Below, in pieces: positions 52,794-63,712 of a DNA stretch of 64,000 nt (its first letter is position 1; each line of letters begins with the position of its first letter). The DNA comes from Octopus sinensis. Taxonomy: Eukaryota. The notes beneath the pieces are model-generated. The model did not search any database. It had not been told where the DNA came from and was given only the letters and a program-made list of their open reading frames with translations. Made by a program: the position numbers and the translations under genes. The DNA lies in NCBI RefSeq assembly GCF_006345805.1, contig NC_042998.1, positions 50,158,001 through 50,222,000 on the forward strand, given 5' to 3'.

Positions 52794-52925
52794 CATTTAA
52801 AAACACAAAACGAACGCCGTCAACAATCACAGTCTCTTTCACTTTCTCTATTACGTCCTCTCTGAAGCATTTAAAAACTCAAAACGAACCCCGACACCAC
52901 TCACTGTCTCTTTCACTCTCTTTCT
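52794..52925. repeat. Diverged 74-bp tandem duplication
   Basis: CATTTAAAAAC.CAAAACGAAC...TCAC.GTCTCTTTCACT at 52794 and 52868. Confidence 0.75.
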
Positions 52926-53849
52926 TTTTCTCTCACTCTCTCACCTTCTCTCTCTTTCCCTCTCACTCTCACTCACTTTCTCTCTCTCTCTTTCTCTCTT
53001 ACTTCCTCTCTGTCCTCCTCTCGCTCGCTTTGCCATTTCTTTGAAGTAAGTGTGACGCACACAGCAGATACGTACAAAAACCAAAAGTTAGCGTATTGAT
53101 ATTATTGATGATGATGATGTTAATAATTCTTCTAGAATATGTTTTTGCTACTGTTATTAATTGATGTGAAAGAAAAAGACGGTGTCCATCACCCATTTTA
53201 GGGCCTCCATGGAGGAAGGTACGTATTTATAAATCGGAAGCTTTACCAGATTGCGTACAATAATGGTGGAATCCGCTAATGATGCCAAAATTTCAGGTAA
53301 TAGTGTTAATGTGGGAAATAATGTCGCGTCGGAATTTGTACTCAAAACGCAAACGGGGAATAAAAAAGGAATACTGTAAGATATGCCTTTCAACGTTCTA
53401 CCTTTCCGCTGACCGTAATAAGTATTGTATTTATAGACACCAGAATAATGGAAAACTATGCTGACTTCAGCGAGAATTGAACTTAGAACATATGTTTACA
53501 CATTTGTTCACAATGATGTATATAACTATTTATATGAATGTATTCCAATGCTTCTTTTTAATTGTTTTTCTTCGATACAGCCATTTCGTTCTCATTTTGC
53601 ACGTGGTTGCCTCTTGATTATGTAATGTTAAAATGGTGAATTATAAATGTGTTCTTAGATAATAAATATTTTAGCATACCAGGTTTAGCAATTAGAATTT
53701 AGCAATTAAAATTACTATTCGTATATCTGACTTTAAGTGTACTGCCTAGAGACATCTAATTTCATGCAATGGTTTACAAACTCAAATATTATGAGTTGAA
53801 CACCTGGTATCTATCTAATTGAGACTTCTAGCAATTTCATCTTTCAGAC

Positions 53850-54205
53850 GGCCACAATCAAACATCTCAAGTGCATCAGTTACTACAAGAACAACTGTTG
53901 TCTTGGTCTTCTACAGCATTCAGAGATCATCTGGCTAGATCCTGATATTTCTCAGTTTTTCAAAAAAATTTCTTTGGTATCGACTCTGCTATCTCTTATT
54001 GCAAAATCTATGATCTTACACTGTTTATTTTGCTCTCTGTGATCATATGTAGTCTTCTTGCTTCAATTCTATGGCTAGTTTTTATGAGGAAATCCCACAA
54101 GATCTTGTAATTCTCGTTATCTATCACAGCTTCTGGTTCATGTTCATACCACTTTTCTATTGTTTTCAAGCCACATATGTATCCTTGTATCCCAATGTAT
54201 CCTTG
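53850..54205 (-). pseudogene. RLE-type (R4/Dong-like) non-LTR retrotransposon endonuclease fragment
   Basis: Frameshifted RIHWD / KWYEHEPEAVIDNENYKILWDF...IEARR / KIIDFAI.RDSRVDTKE / EKYQDLAR (PD-(D/E)xK region). Confidence 0.82.
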
Positions 54206-54674
54206 CCTCTGCGCATCAGTTTATCAGCGAGTCTCTGTGTTTATTTTGACTAATAGAAATAGCATCCCCCACCACCCAGTAAATGAAGTCCAACTCAAAC
54301 CTGCATGATCAAGATACTACAAGCTAAAGACTAACTTCAGTCGTCTAAACACTTTGATAAGCTGCCGAGATTCGAGCTGTTTTGACAACTTAAAATATAA
54401 GACTTCTTAGTGAATACTACTTAAGTCCATCGTCGGATTAACTCTTAACCGCCACTTCTACTCATATTCAAACGAGTGAACTTGAGCAACGTAAAATGAA
54501 GTGTCTTGCGCAAATATGCAACGCAATGTCCGTTCCGACAATTGAACCATGGACCTAGAAATCATAAGTCCATTATCTCAATCTAGAAGGCACATGGTTT
54601 CACAACAACTAGGTTGACTTTGGTTGTTATATTCCCATGTCGCGTTGAATAAGCATGTACAACCTAAAAAAAAA

Positions 54675-54800
54675 TCTGTACCTGCTAGAAATAGCTGTCA
54701 AATTTCTTTTAAATCACAAACCACTCTCAAAAATGAATACACATAAGTTAGTGTAGTTAGTTGCTGATAGACCAAAATTAGGGATGGCTGGAAAAATCTG
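54675..54800 (+). repeat. Dispersed repeat fragment
   Basis: ACCTGCTAGAAATAGCTGTCAAAT resembles ACCTGTTAGAAGTAGCAACCAAA at ~18669. Confidence 0.35.
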
Positions 54801-56141
54801 AATTAACCTTGAACCAAACAACGACATAATTTTGTGGTTAAGGTTTCGTTTTTTACCTATGTGGCTTCCGATTCAATTCTGATCCGCAGCACCTTGGGAA
54901 AATATTTCCCTATCGCTTGATAGTCAATGTCAATTTGTTTACGTTTCTGTGACTTTACGGTTTGGCAAAAGAGGCCGATAGGACGAAAACCAGCTTTTAA
55001 AAATAGATACTTTGGTTAGAATCCTTCAACGAGGTGGCTCAGCATGACCATATGTTTAGTCTAAGGTGGGGTGGTGTTGATAAGCTTTTAGTCTACTTAG
55101 GAGGCGAATTGGCAGGATTTTCATAGAATGTCGGGTGATATGCCTTGCGGTTTATGAATGATTCTTTGCGTTTTGTGTTCATCTCCCACTATGAAGCGAT
55201 AAATAACATACGGTTGAAGTATATATATATATATATATATAGTCTAAAATTTAAATAGAGACACGACAAAGGAACAAACAGGAAATTCACACCCGAGACG
55301 AGACTTTGCTAATGCTTCGTCAGTTATCGTCCCCAAAATTCTTACAATTTTACGCCTTTAACGATAATATTGGTCACTTATGTAGGCGTCGACAGTGAGA
55401 AGCTGCTGGGAATAGCAAACGAACGCTGGGAAGGGAACAGTGTCGAAAACAAACACGGCAGAGATATGAACATACAAACAAAATAAAATAAATATACATT
55501 TTACAAACAAAATAAGGCATATATATGTGTGTGTGTGTATGAATGTACGTCTGCATGTATGTATAATCGATTTTACCAGCTCCTTTAAAATCTGAGGTAT
55601 TTTTGAATTGATCAATAATCACAAGAAATCAAATGACTACTGAAAGTGAGTGTGTCAGTAAGTTAATAGAGTCAAGATATATAGATAGTGATAACAGCCT
55701 AGTTAATGGGGGAAAGTAAAACTTAATGGTTTTAGGTAATTAATTACTAAGTAAGACTTCAATTAAATTGTAACTAATACTGAAGTCTAATTAGAAGAAT
55801 GATTCGACGCGGAAGTGGATATACAAGGCTGCCTACTGAATGGATACCAAATAGTAAACGATAACATATATTGGATGCAATGGTGCCAAAATAACATATC
55901 TTGGCTCAGTACAAGCCTGATTAGTTAGTTGTCGCTCATTTTGGTAAAGCTTAATTAGTTTAGTCGTTGTTACCTTCATTAACAACATTAATGGAACGAG
56001 CAAACGAGGGAGCATCTGTGATGGTCGTTCTTCATACGGGAAATAGCTGCTAAACCTCTTTTAAACCATATAGTTTTTATAATAAAAGGGAGAGAACTAA
56101 ATTATAAACAGCATATAATAAACGATGTACTGTAGATGACG

Positions 56142-56340
56142 GTGAGGATGCATATCCCAGTGGTTAGAGCGTTGTATTCATGATTGCGTGATCGTGGTTG
56201 TGGTTTCATTTAATGGACTGGTCAGTACGTTGTATTCGTGAGTAACACAGGTTATCTCACGAATACAACGACGTGTGGCGCGCCAGGTACATATTCAGAG
56301 AGCTAATATACAGCACAAATATTTGATCATTACAAACAAA
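56142..56340 (+). mobile_element. SINE family E/C-like head with an internal fold-back
   Basis: CCCAGTGGTTAGAGCG head; 15-bp inverted copy at 56228-56270. Confidence 0.6.
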
Positions 56341-56794
56341 TCATTTGTGTGTAGGAAATTCAGCAGCAAATTGCAAAACCGTCTTTCTCGGACTATAACA
56401 CCACCGTCATCATCGACCTGGGCGATGATAGCCTAGCGTGGCTGCAGTCCAGTTACTGAGAGCAGTATACAAAATAAATAAATAAAATGTAATAAAATAA
56501 AAATCGAAAGAGGAATTATGTTATTAACCAATGATCCAATATGATGTAACTGTTCAAAACAGTAAGAATGCAATTCAACATCTATTTCTTGCAGACTGTT
56601 AGGGCGACCTGTAAGAAGATATCACTTTAGCCCTTCCATATAATACGCTTTATTTCTAAAGAGATAGAAAGAAAGCGAAGTATACTGAGGTTCGATTCCT
56701 AGTGAGTGCTGTCTACGAGAAATACCTTAAATATTTCTTTTTTGGAACAGTGAATCTCGAAACACAGCAAATAATGAATAATAGTATGTAAACA

Positions 56795-57020
56795 TTAGTT
56801 TCAAATTTTGGTACAAGGCCCGCAATTTTGAGGTGGAGGCTAAGTCGATTACATCGAACCCATTACTCAACTAGTACTTATTTTATCGACCCCGAAAGAT
56901 GAAAGGCAAAGTCGATCTCAGCGGAATTTTAACTTAAAGTTAAAATCCGTAAAGACGGATGAAATGCCACTAAGCATTTTCCCCGTCATTCTAACGATTC
57001 TGCCAGCGCGCCGGCCTGTA
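56795..57020 (-). mobile_element. SINE family B (B1 tail)
   Basis: TTTTGGTACAAGGCC...GATGAAAGGCAAAGTCGA...TTCTGCCAGCGCGCC; flanks GTAAACATTAGTTT / GTAAATATTAGTTT. Confidence 0.8.
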
Positions 57021-57189
57021 GCGTGTAAATATTAGTTTGAAAAAACCTTTTTCGGAAGAAATTGACGGTTGCTATTATTTATAACGTTATGTACTTCGAG
57101 ATCCACTGTTCCCCCCAAAAAATTATTTCAGGTTCTCACAAAATTTTATAAATTCTTATGATGTTAACCTTAAATATTGTTATCTTTTC

Positions 57190-57520
57190 TGTTAATTGTT
57201 TCGGTCATTTCACAACAGCCATGCTGGAGTACCACATTGAAGGGACTTACCCTTTAAAGCCTAGGACTTATTCTATAGGTCTCTTTCTCAGGAAAGCTAA
57301 GTTAAGGGGATGTAAACACACCAACACCAGTTGTAAAGCGATGGTGGGCGACAAACACAGACACAAAGACACACACACACGCAATATAAATACACATACA
57401 CACACGTTTGATACGTGCCAACGGGCAAAACTCAGAGACTTTGAGTCACTGTATTACTTCTGCTTACAGGGACATAAAGACACCAGTATCGGTTGTGAAG
57501 CGATGGCGGAGGTAAAACTC
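57190..57520 (-). mobile_element. SINE family A 3' part with internal duplication
   Basis: CAGCCATGCTGGAG tail; ACACCAG..(C)GGTTGT.AAGCGATGG occurs twice. Confidence 0.65.
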
Positions 57521-57675
57521 TCTCTCTCTATATATATATATATATAGCCAATTCGGGGATGTTTGATCCACATTAGGGATTATATAATCCAAATTTTTCC
57601 ACTCGTTAATCACTATCATAGAATGAGAAAGTATCGGCGATATGTTAGGGGTTATTGTAGTTATACATATTATTA

Positions 57676-58054
57676 ATATTGAAAGAAAGAAAATGGAGAA
57701 AGATGGATCTATGAATAATTTTTTCGTTTCATATAAAGATGTTGAAATGTTTTAATAAATAGCAATAAAATAAATTATAAGTTGTAAAGCTCAAAATGAA
57801 ATGGGCGATGTGAAAAAGCTACATATATGTTTCGCTGCTAGCTGAAACAAATATGTTGGTTTTTATATATTAGATATCAACTAGGGGCTAGCACCGAAAC
57901 ATATATGTAGGTTTTTCGCATCACCCGTTTCTTTTTGAGCTTTACAACTTATAAATTCATTTTTATTGCTACTTTTAAAAAAATTCAACATCTTTATATT
58001 ATACAAATAAATTATTCATACATCAACATTTCTCCATTTTCTTTCTTTGAATAT
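57676..58054. repeat. Fold-back element with ~167-bp inverted arms and a 44-nt loop
   Basis: 57676-57842 vs 57887-58054, roughly 85% identical by eye. Confidence 0.9.
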
Positions 58055-58146
58055 ATATATATATATATTATAACACTGTAATATATTAAATAGAAATAAT
58101 ACATTTCTAAATCTCTTAGAGAGATTTATACAGTAGTAACACAATA

Positions 58147-58574
58147 AAATGGTAGTATGTTGTCAACTTAATGAAAGGGAAGAATACTACTGCCATTTAG
58201 CCCTAGGAAGCAACACTTCCGGTCGGCCTTGACGCATTTCCTGTGTCCTTATGTTTACAAAGGGGGATATAAGCACCTCCACCCAGCAAAGCCAGCACTC
58301 AGTGACGTCATCAGTCTGGAATTATCACTTGAATTATAGGCATCGACAGATAGCCAGCCATGCTACTCCTACTGATGACGAGCAATAACTCAGAAACTAG
58401 TCTCTGGTCGCTGGCTTTGCTGGGTGAAGGTGCTTATCTCCCTCTTTGTAAACATAAGGACACAGGAAATGTGTCAAGGCCAACAGGAAGCGGTGCTTTC
58501 TAGGGCTAAATAGCAATAGTGTTCTTCCCTTTCATGGCACTGTCACATTAAGTTGACAACAATACCACCACTTT
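58147..58574. repeat. Fold-back element with ~150-bp inverted arms (probable inverted Penelope-like termini)
   Basis: 58147-58296 vs 58410-58574; CGTCATCAGT / ACTGATGACG pair inside the loop. Confidence 0.9.
58366..58407 (+). ncRNA. Candidate minimal type I hammerhead ribozyme (decayed stem I)
   Basis: CTGATGA (58372-58378), C-GAG-CAATAA-CTC-A, GAAA, palindromic ACTAGT stem III, GTC triplet at 58400-58402, TCTGG. Confidence 0.6.
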
Positions 58575-58700
58575 ATAATTATAATAAATTTATATTACAG
58601 GTGGCTCGTTAGCAATTATAACCTAAAGGCAAATTAATAAACAAGGACATAAATTAGACCGATATTGCTAGAAATAAGTCAAAAACGACTTGAGGGACCA

Positions 58701-58830
58701 CACAAAGCACTAACCTCATGAGCTGACGAAAAGCGAGGGAGCGAGATAAAGTACCTTTCTATGATGAGATAAACTCACAGAATGAACAGATATATCGCTT
58801 TTCATGAAATTATGAGGTTAGTACTTTGTG
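58701..58830. repeat. 36-bp imperfect inverted repeat
   Basis: CACAAAGCACTAACCTCAT...GAAAAGCGA vs TCGCTTTTC...ATGAGGTTAGTACTTTGTG. Confidence 0.8.
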
Positions 58831-58895
58831 TAGCTATTCGTGTCGTTTTTGACACTTATTTCTAGCAATGCCAGTAGTAATTTGTACCCATTGCT

Positions 58896-58991
<96 letters not shown>

Positions 58992-58992
58992 C

Positions 58993-59167
58993 ACGACTGG
59001 CTTTTTCAGTTTTCCAGTTTTCGTCTACCAATCCACTCGGAAGGCTTTGGTTGGTCTGAGGCTACTATAGTAGATGACACCTGCGCTCAAGGTGCCACGC
59101 AGTGAGATTCAAGCCAAACTATGTGGTTGGGAAGCAAACTTCTTACCAGGCAGCTACGCCAGCGCAT
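58993..59167 (-). mobile_element. SINE family A, 5' half
   Basis: TTTCGTCTACCAATCCACTC...CAAGGTGCCACGCAGTGAGATTCAA...CTTCTTACC. Confidence 0.75.
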
Positions 59168-59921
59168 ATAGTTGACCATTTTCACTTTGAAAAAAATGGA
59201 TTGACAGTCTCACCTGGAACATTTTTGATCACAGCTCTAAATTACACGTAAAACTTAGGAATATAAGCAGTCACATACGCGTGTACGAGTGTGATGTTCA
59301 ACACAATAACAGAATTACTAATCGGGTGGATAACATCAGCGCTCTTGAGTTCAAATCCTCCATGAACATTATCTTGCTGTTTTTGTCTCAACGCCTTAAT
59401 TCGCATAGCTTCAGTCCACCTCGTTGTAGTTGTTCTTATTTAGTCTTGGTTAAAACTAATCGAGAAAACTTGTAATCAGAAGAGTTCCAGCTGTGTCTTT
59501 CCTGCCTTTTACCAGACATTGTGGACTTCAATATTGTAAGACTACGCAATCCAATACTTTCTAAATATGGATCTCGGTCAGAATTTCCGGCTATTAACTT
59601 TCACTTGTTCGATCATCTGAGAGACCAGGCTCTTTAAATAAACGTCTATGCAACTGAATCTTTTCACCAACAAGTGTATAAGTAATGTAATTCTCTGGCC
59701 GAACCAGCGTAACCCATTGGGACTTAAAATACAAATACAATCCATTGAATAGGATTCTGCACAGTTTCTGTTACCCAATGTGTTATATATATATATATAT
59801 ATATTACATACATACATGCATACACACACACACACACATATATATATATACACATACATACATGCATACACACACACACACATATATATATACACATACA
59901 TACATATATATATACACATAC

Positions 59922-59952
<31 letters not shown>

Positions 59953-60079
59953 CACATATATAATACATATATATATATACATGCACATATATACATACAT
60001 ATATATATACATATATATATATACATACATACACATACATACATACATACATACACGAGTAACATAGATACGCATGGTG

Positions 60080-60440
60080 CAGGCATGCTGTGGCATCGAC
60101 TTCAAGTGTTAAATCAAAGAAATCGACTTATTTCATTTTAAGCCTGGTACTGAATCTGTCGGGACCTTCCTGTCGAACCACTAAATCACGGTGACTTAAA
60201 CAAACCAACACTGGTTATCAAGTGCTAGTTGGGGACAAACGCAAGACACACACAAACACGCACACTCACATACATATACATACCCGACGGGCTTCTTTCA
60301 GTTTCCGTCAATCAAATCCACTCACAAGGCTTCGGTCGACTCGGGGTTACAGTAGAAAGTACTTGCCCGTGGTGCAACACAGTGGACCGAACCCGGAACC
60401 ATCGGGAAATTTGCTTCTTACAACACAGCCACATCTCGTA
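60080..60440 (-). mobile_element. SINE family A, diverged
   Basis: CGACGGGCTTCTTTCAGTTTCCGTC...AAATCCACTCACAAGGC...ACTTGCCC...AACCCGGAACCA. Confidence 0.8.
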
Positions 60441-60467
60441 TTATGTGATATTATACACACGCGCACA

Positions 60468-60507
<40 letters not shown>

Positions 60508-61381
60508 CTGTCTCTCTGTCTGTCTGTCTATCTGTCTGTCTCTGTCTCTCTCTCTTTGTCCTGTATTTCATATTTTCTTCATGAGACATCATTAAGGTCC
60601 ATCTTTGTCTACTTCGCATAGCTAACAAGCCAACGCACCGGCTACTCATTGATTCATTGAACACTCTTAGCAAATAACCATCTACTTTTAATGATTTAAG
60701 ATTGCACTTCCGAGCCTTGTGTGCAACTATTTACTGTACAGCGCCTGTTAAATATTTCATCGTTCTAACTTACAAGATACTATAAGAAAAATACTCTGAA
60801 GAGATTTTTTCCCCCTACTTTCCTAAGACAATAAATATTGTTTAGTAATATGACTATTGTGTTTGTTTCTGGCTGATTTATATACCATCAACCAGAAATA
60901 TCAACAAATGAGGACAGGGTATTACGTGGCTAAGTTAAAAATGTGTTCAGTTTAACAGCGGCTGACAGCTGAACACCGAACAAAACATTTAGAAGTCCTG
61001 CATGGTATATTTGTGGCATAGCCATAAATATGTGTGAATGTATGTATTTGTGTAAGCGTGTGTATATGTGCGGTTGTTTTTTGTATGTATGTATGTATAT
61101 ATGTATGTATTTGGCTTTTTTCTGTCCAAAGGGGTTTTTCTAACCCTGAATTTTATATGCTGTACTTTATAGCTCTTTATAATGTGTTTCGAGAACTATT
61201 ATACCGAAAAAAAAATATTTCGCAATCACTCGAAAGCTCATAAAACACCCCCATATATATATATATATATATATATAATACAGGTACATATAAATTATAT
61301 ATACATATATATATGCAAATATATAAATATTATCTTATATATATAATGTGTGTGTATGTGTGTATCGTGAATATATATATA

Positions 61382-61480
61382 TAATCACTGACAGTGCACA
61401 ACAACTCAACAAGTAGTCGGGGCGATGACTATTTGTGTATGTGAATTAAATAAGCGTGAAGGATGGTATCTATCTATCTA

Positions 61481-61514
<34 letters not shown>

Positions 61515-61656
61515 TCGTGATAGGCAGACAGACAGACAGACAGACAGATAGATAGATAAATAGATAGAGAGATACCATTCACGCTTGTTTAATTCGCATA
61601 CACAAATAGTCACCGCCCCGACTGCTTGTTGAGTTGTTGTGCACTGTCAGTGATTA
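61382..61656. repeat. MITE-like element with ~86-bp TIRs around a microsatellite core
   Basis: 61382-61470 vs 61571-61656, about 4 substitutions plus a small indel; core (TATC)n(TA)n...(CAGA)n(TAGA)n. Confidence 0.9.
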
Positions 61657-62299
61657 CATATTTCTTTCGGAAGAACCAAAAATTGCAGTAGATTGGTTCA
61701 TGGTTGATTGCTTATTCTTTCTCTCTATTTCTCTATGTGTAATAATTTGCCGCTATAAAGATATGTGTGAATGTGTTAATTTGTTCATGTTTGTAAGTTT
61801 CTGTGTATACATATGAATATCTGAGCGTTTTTGTAAGTTTGCGTGTGCATGAATATGTTCACCTGAGCGCATATATATATGTAACGAAATTAAGTTCAAG
61901 GTTAATAATTCGCGCTTAACATTAACTTAATAAATACGTATGCAGACGTATATCTGTTCGAATATACGTCAGTGAGCGTAAGTATTTTCAGCTATAAATT
62001 CGCATTTAAGTGTGTGTAATTATATTTTGATCCTATAAATCTATATCATTCTGAGTGTTTCTAAATTTAGTCTTGCTAAGTCACGACTATATGACTGAAA
62101 ACATTCAGCGTGAGTTAGAATCTACCTTAAAGACACTACGAGACAGAAACAGGAAAAGAGAGAGCAAATGTGCCGAGTTTTACATAAGTATGTATGTATG
62201 TATGCATGCATATGTATGCGTGCGTCTGTGTGTGTGTGCATCTATGTGCCTATCCATGTATATCTGTATATACATACTCATGTATGCCTGCAAAATATG

Positions 62300-62350
<51 letters not shown>

Positions 62351-62935
62351 TACGCGAGCGAGAGACGAGCAAAACAGATTATTTTTCCAGCTATACATGA
62401 TCTAAGTGTATATATATATATTATATATATATATATATGTTTAGGTTTGTATATATGTGCGTCTCAGTTTATCTAACTACCTATCTAATCACACACACAC
62501 ACACACACATATGTATGTATATATATTGTAATACATATTCATATAAAGAGCAGGGAAAGAGGAGAAGAACCGTGATGATAGATAGATAAGTAAATAGTCA
62601 AATAGTTAGATAGATAAATGGATGGATGGAGGGATTGATGGATGGATAAGCTTTTATATTACAGTACTAATTCCTACACTAGCTTTCTATATTGAGGATA
62701 AACTAGATTCTGTCTCTCTTCTATCTGCTGCTGATCGCATCACGTTCGTTATATTGCAAGAATAAATTTGTGCCCAGGAAACATATACTGTTTAAGGTCT
62801 GGTACTTATTATAAGAGTCCTAAATACTTCCCGAATAGTCAGGCTGTGGAGACGTGAACAAGTCAATATTGATTTTCGGCCGTTATCAAATACAATGTAC
62901 GAAAACTGACAAGCACAAACACGCACCATAGATGT

Positions 62936-62977
<42 letters not shown>

Positions 62978-63042
62978 AAGAAGAGAGATAGAGAAGGGAG
63001 AGAGAGAGAGAGAGAAAGGGAGAGAGAGAGAGATCAGAACAG

Positions 63043-63171
63043 TTTAATTCAAACTCCTTGGTACTCTGAGTTTCAAGTGTGTCGCTAGTTTTCGGCCATT
63101 GGATTCAGAATCCAATGGCGGAAGACTAGCGACACGCTTGAAACTCCGAATACCAAAGATTCTGAATCAAA
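63043..63171. repeat. 64-bp-arm palindrome (1-nt centre at 63107); each arm carries a hammerhead-like motif
   Basis: GGATTC-A-GAATCC centre; about 9 mismatches between arms; family shared with 43741-43868. Confidence 0.9.
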
Positions 63172-63241
63172 TTGGCTTGATCCATGCATGTAACTCCCAA
63201 TAAATGTGTTGAGTGCACTTCTTTCGTTTGTCTACTCACTA

Positions 63242-63278
<37 letters not shown>

Positions 63279-63296
63279 CTTGTGTGTATGTGTATT

Positions 63297-63450
63297 CACG
63301 TTCTGATTTCGTATTCCACCGAGGTGGAATTTGCTTTTCATCCTTTCCGGGTTGATAAAATAAGCATCAGTTGTGTAATGAGGTTGATGTAACCGACTTA
63401 CCCACTCCACCGAAATTGCTGGCCTTGTGCCAAAATTTGAAACGAATATA
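63297..63450 (+). mobile_element. SINE family B, 5'-truncated, diverged
   Basis: CACGTTCTGA...CCGAGGT...TTTGCTTTTCATCCTTTCCGGG...GGCCTTGTGCCAAAATTTGAAAC. Confidence 0.7.
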
Positions 63451-63642
63451 ATTTTATTTGAGTTCATTATTACACACGCCCAAAAACACACACACACGCG
63501 CGCGCGCGCGCGAAAGCTGGTGTTACCAGTGTACAGCAACATGATGAGGCCATTGATCAGATGATTTTGAATAAAGAACTCCAGGTCAGAAGTTTGAGTT
63601 TTATTCAATATGTTTATTAAAGACAATGAGTCTAACGCAATA

Positions 63643-63712
63643 GATATTCTGTTTCGTCCGCAGGCATATCAGAGACTCTCTCTAATGCGCCTGCGGACAA
63701 AGCAGATATATC
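63643..63712. ncRNA. 70-nt imperfect hairpin, pre-miRNA-like
   Basis: TCTGTTTCGTCCGCAGGC pairs with GCCTGCGGACAAAGCAGA (one G-U, one mismatch); GCAT/ATGC and AGAGA/TCTCT continue the stem. Confidence 0.3.

Noticed and set aside
55290-55330. Minus-strand CTGACGA-AGCATTAGC-AAAG...GTC hammerhead-like string
   Set aside because: G12 is missing and stems I, II and III do not pair without assuming several mutations
58755-58790. CTATGA-TGAG(ATAAA)CTCA-CAGAA in the loop of the 36-bp inverted repeat
   Set aside because: The core and GAAA are too degenerate and there is no stem III
59590-59730. Minus-strand GLRWFGQ (LINE-like) or a 43-codon possible exon SQWVTLVRPENYITYTLVGEKIQ...
   Set aside because: Length is within chance expectation, no family recognised, and no convincing donor site
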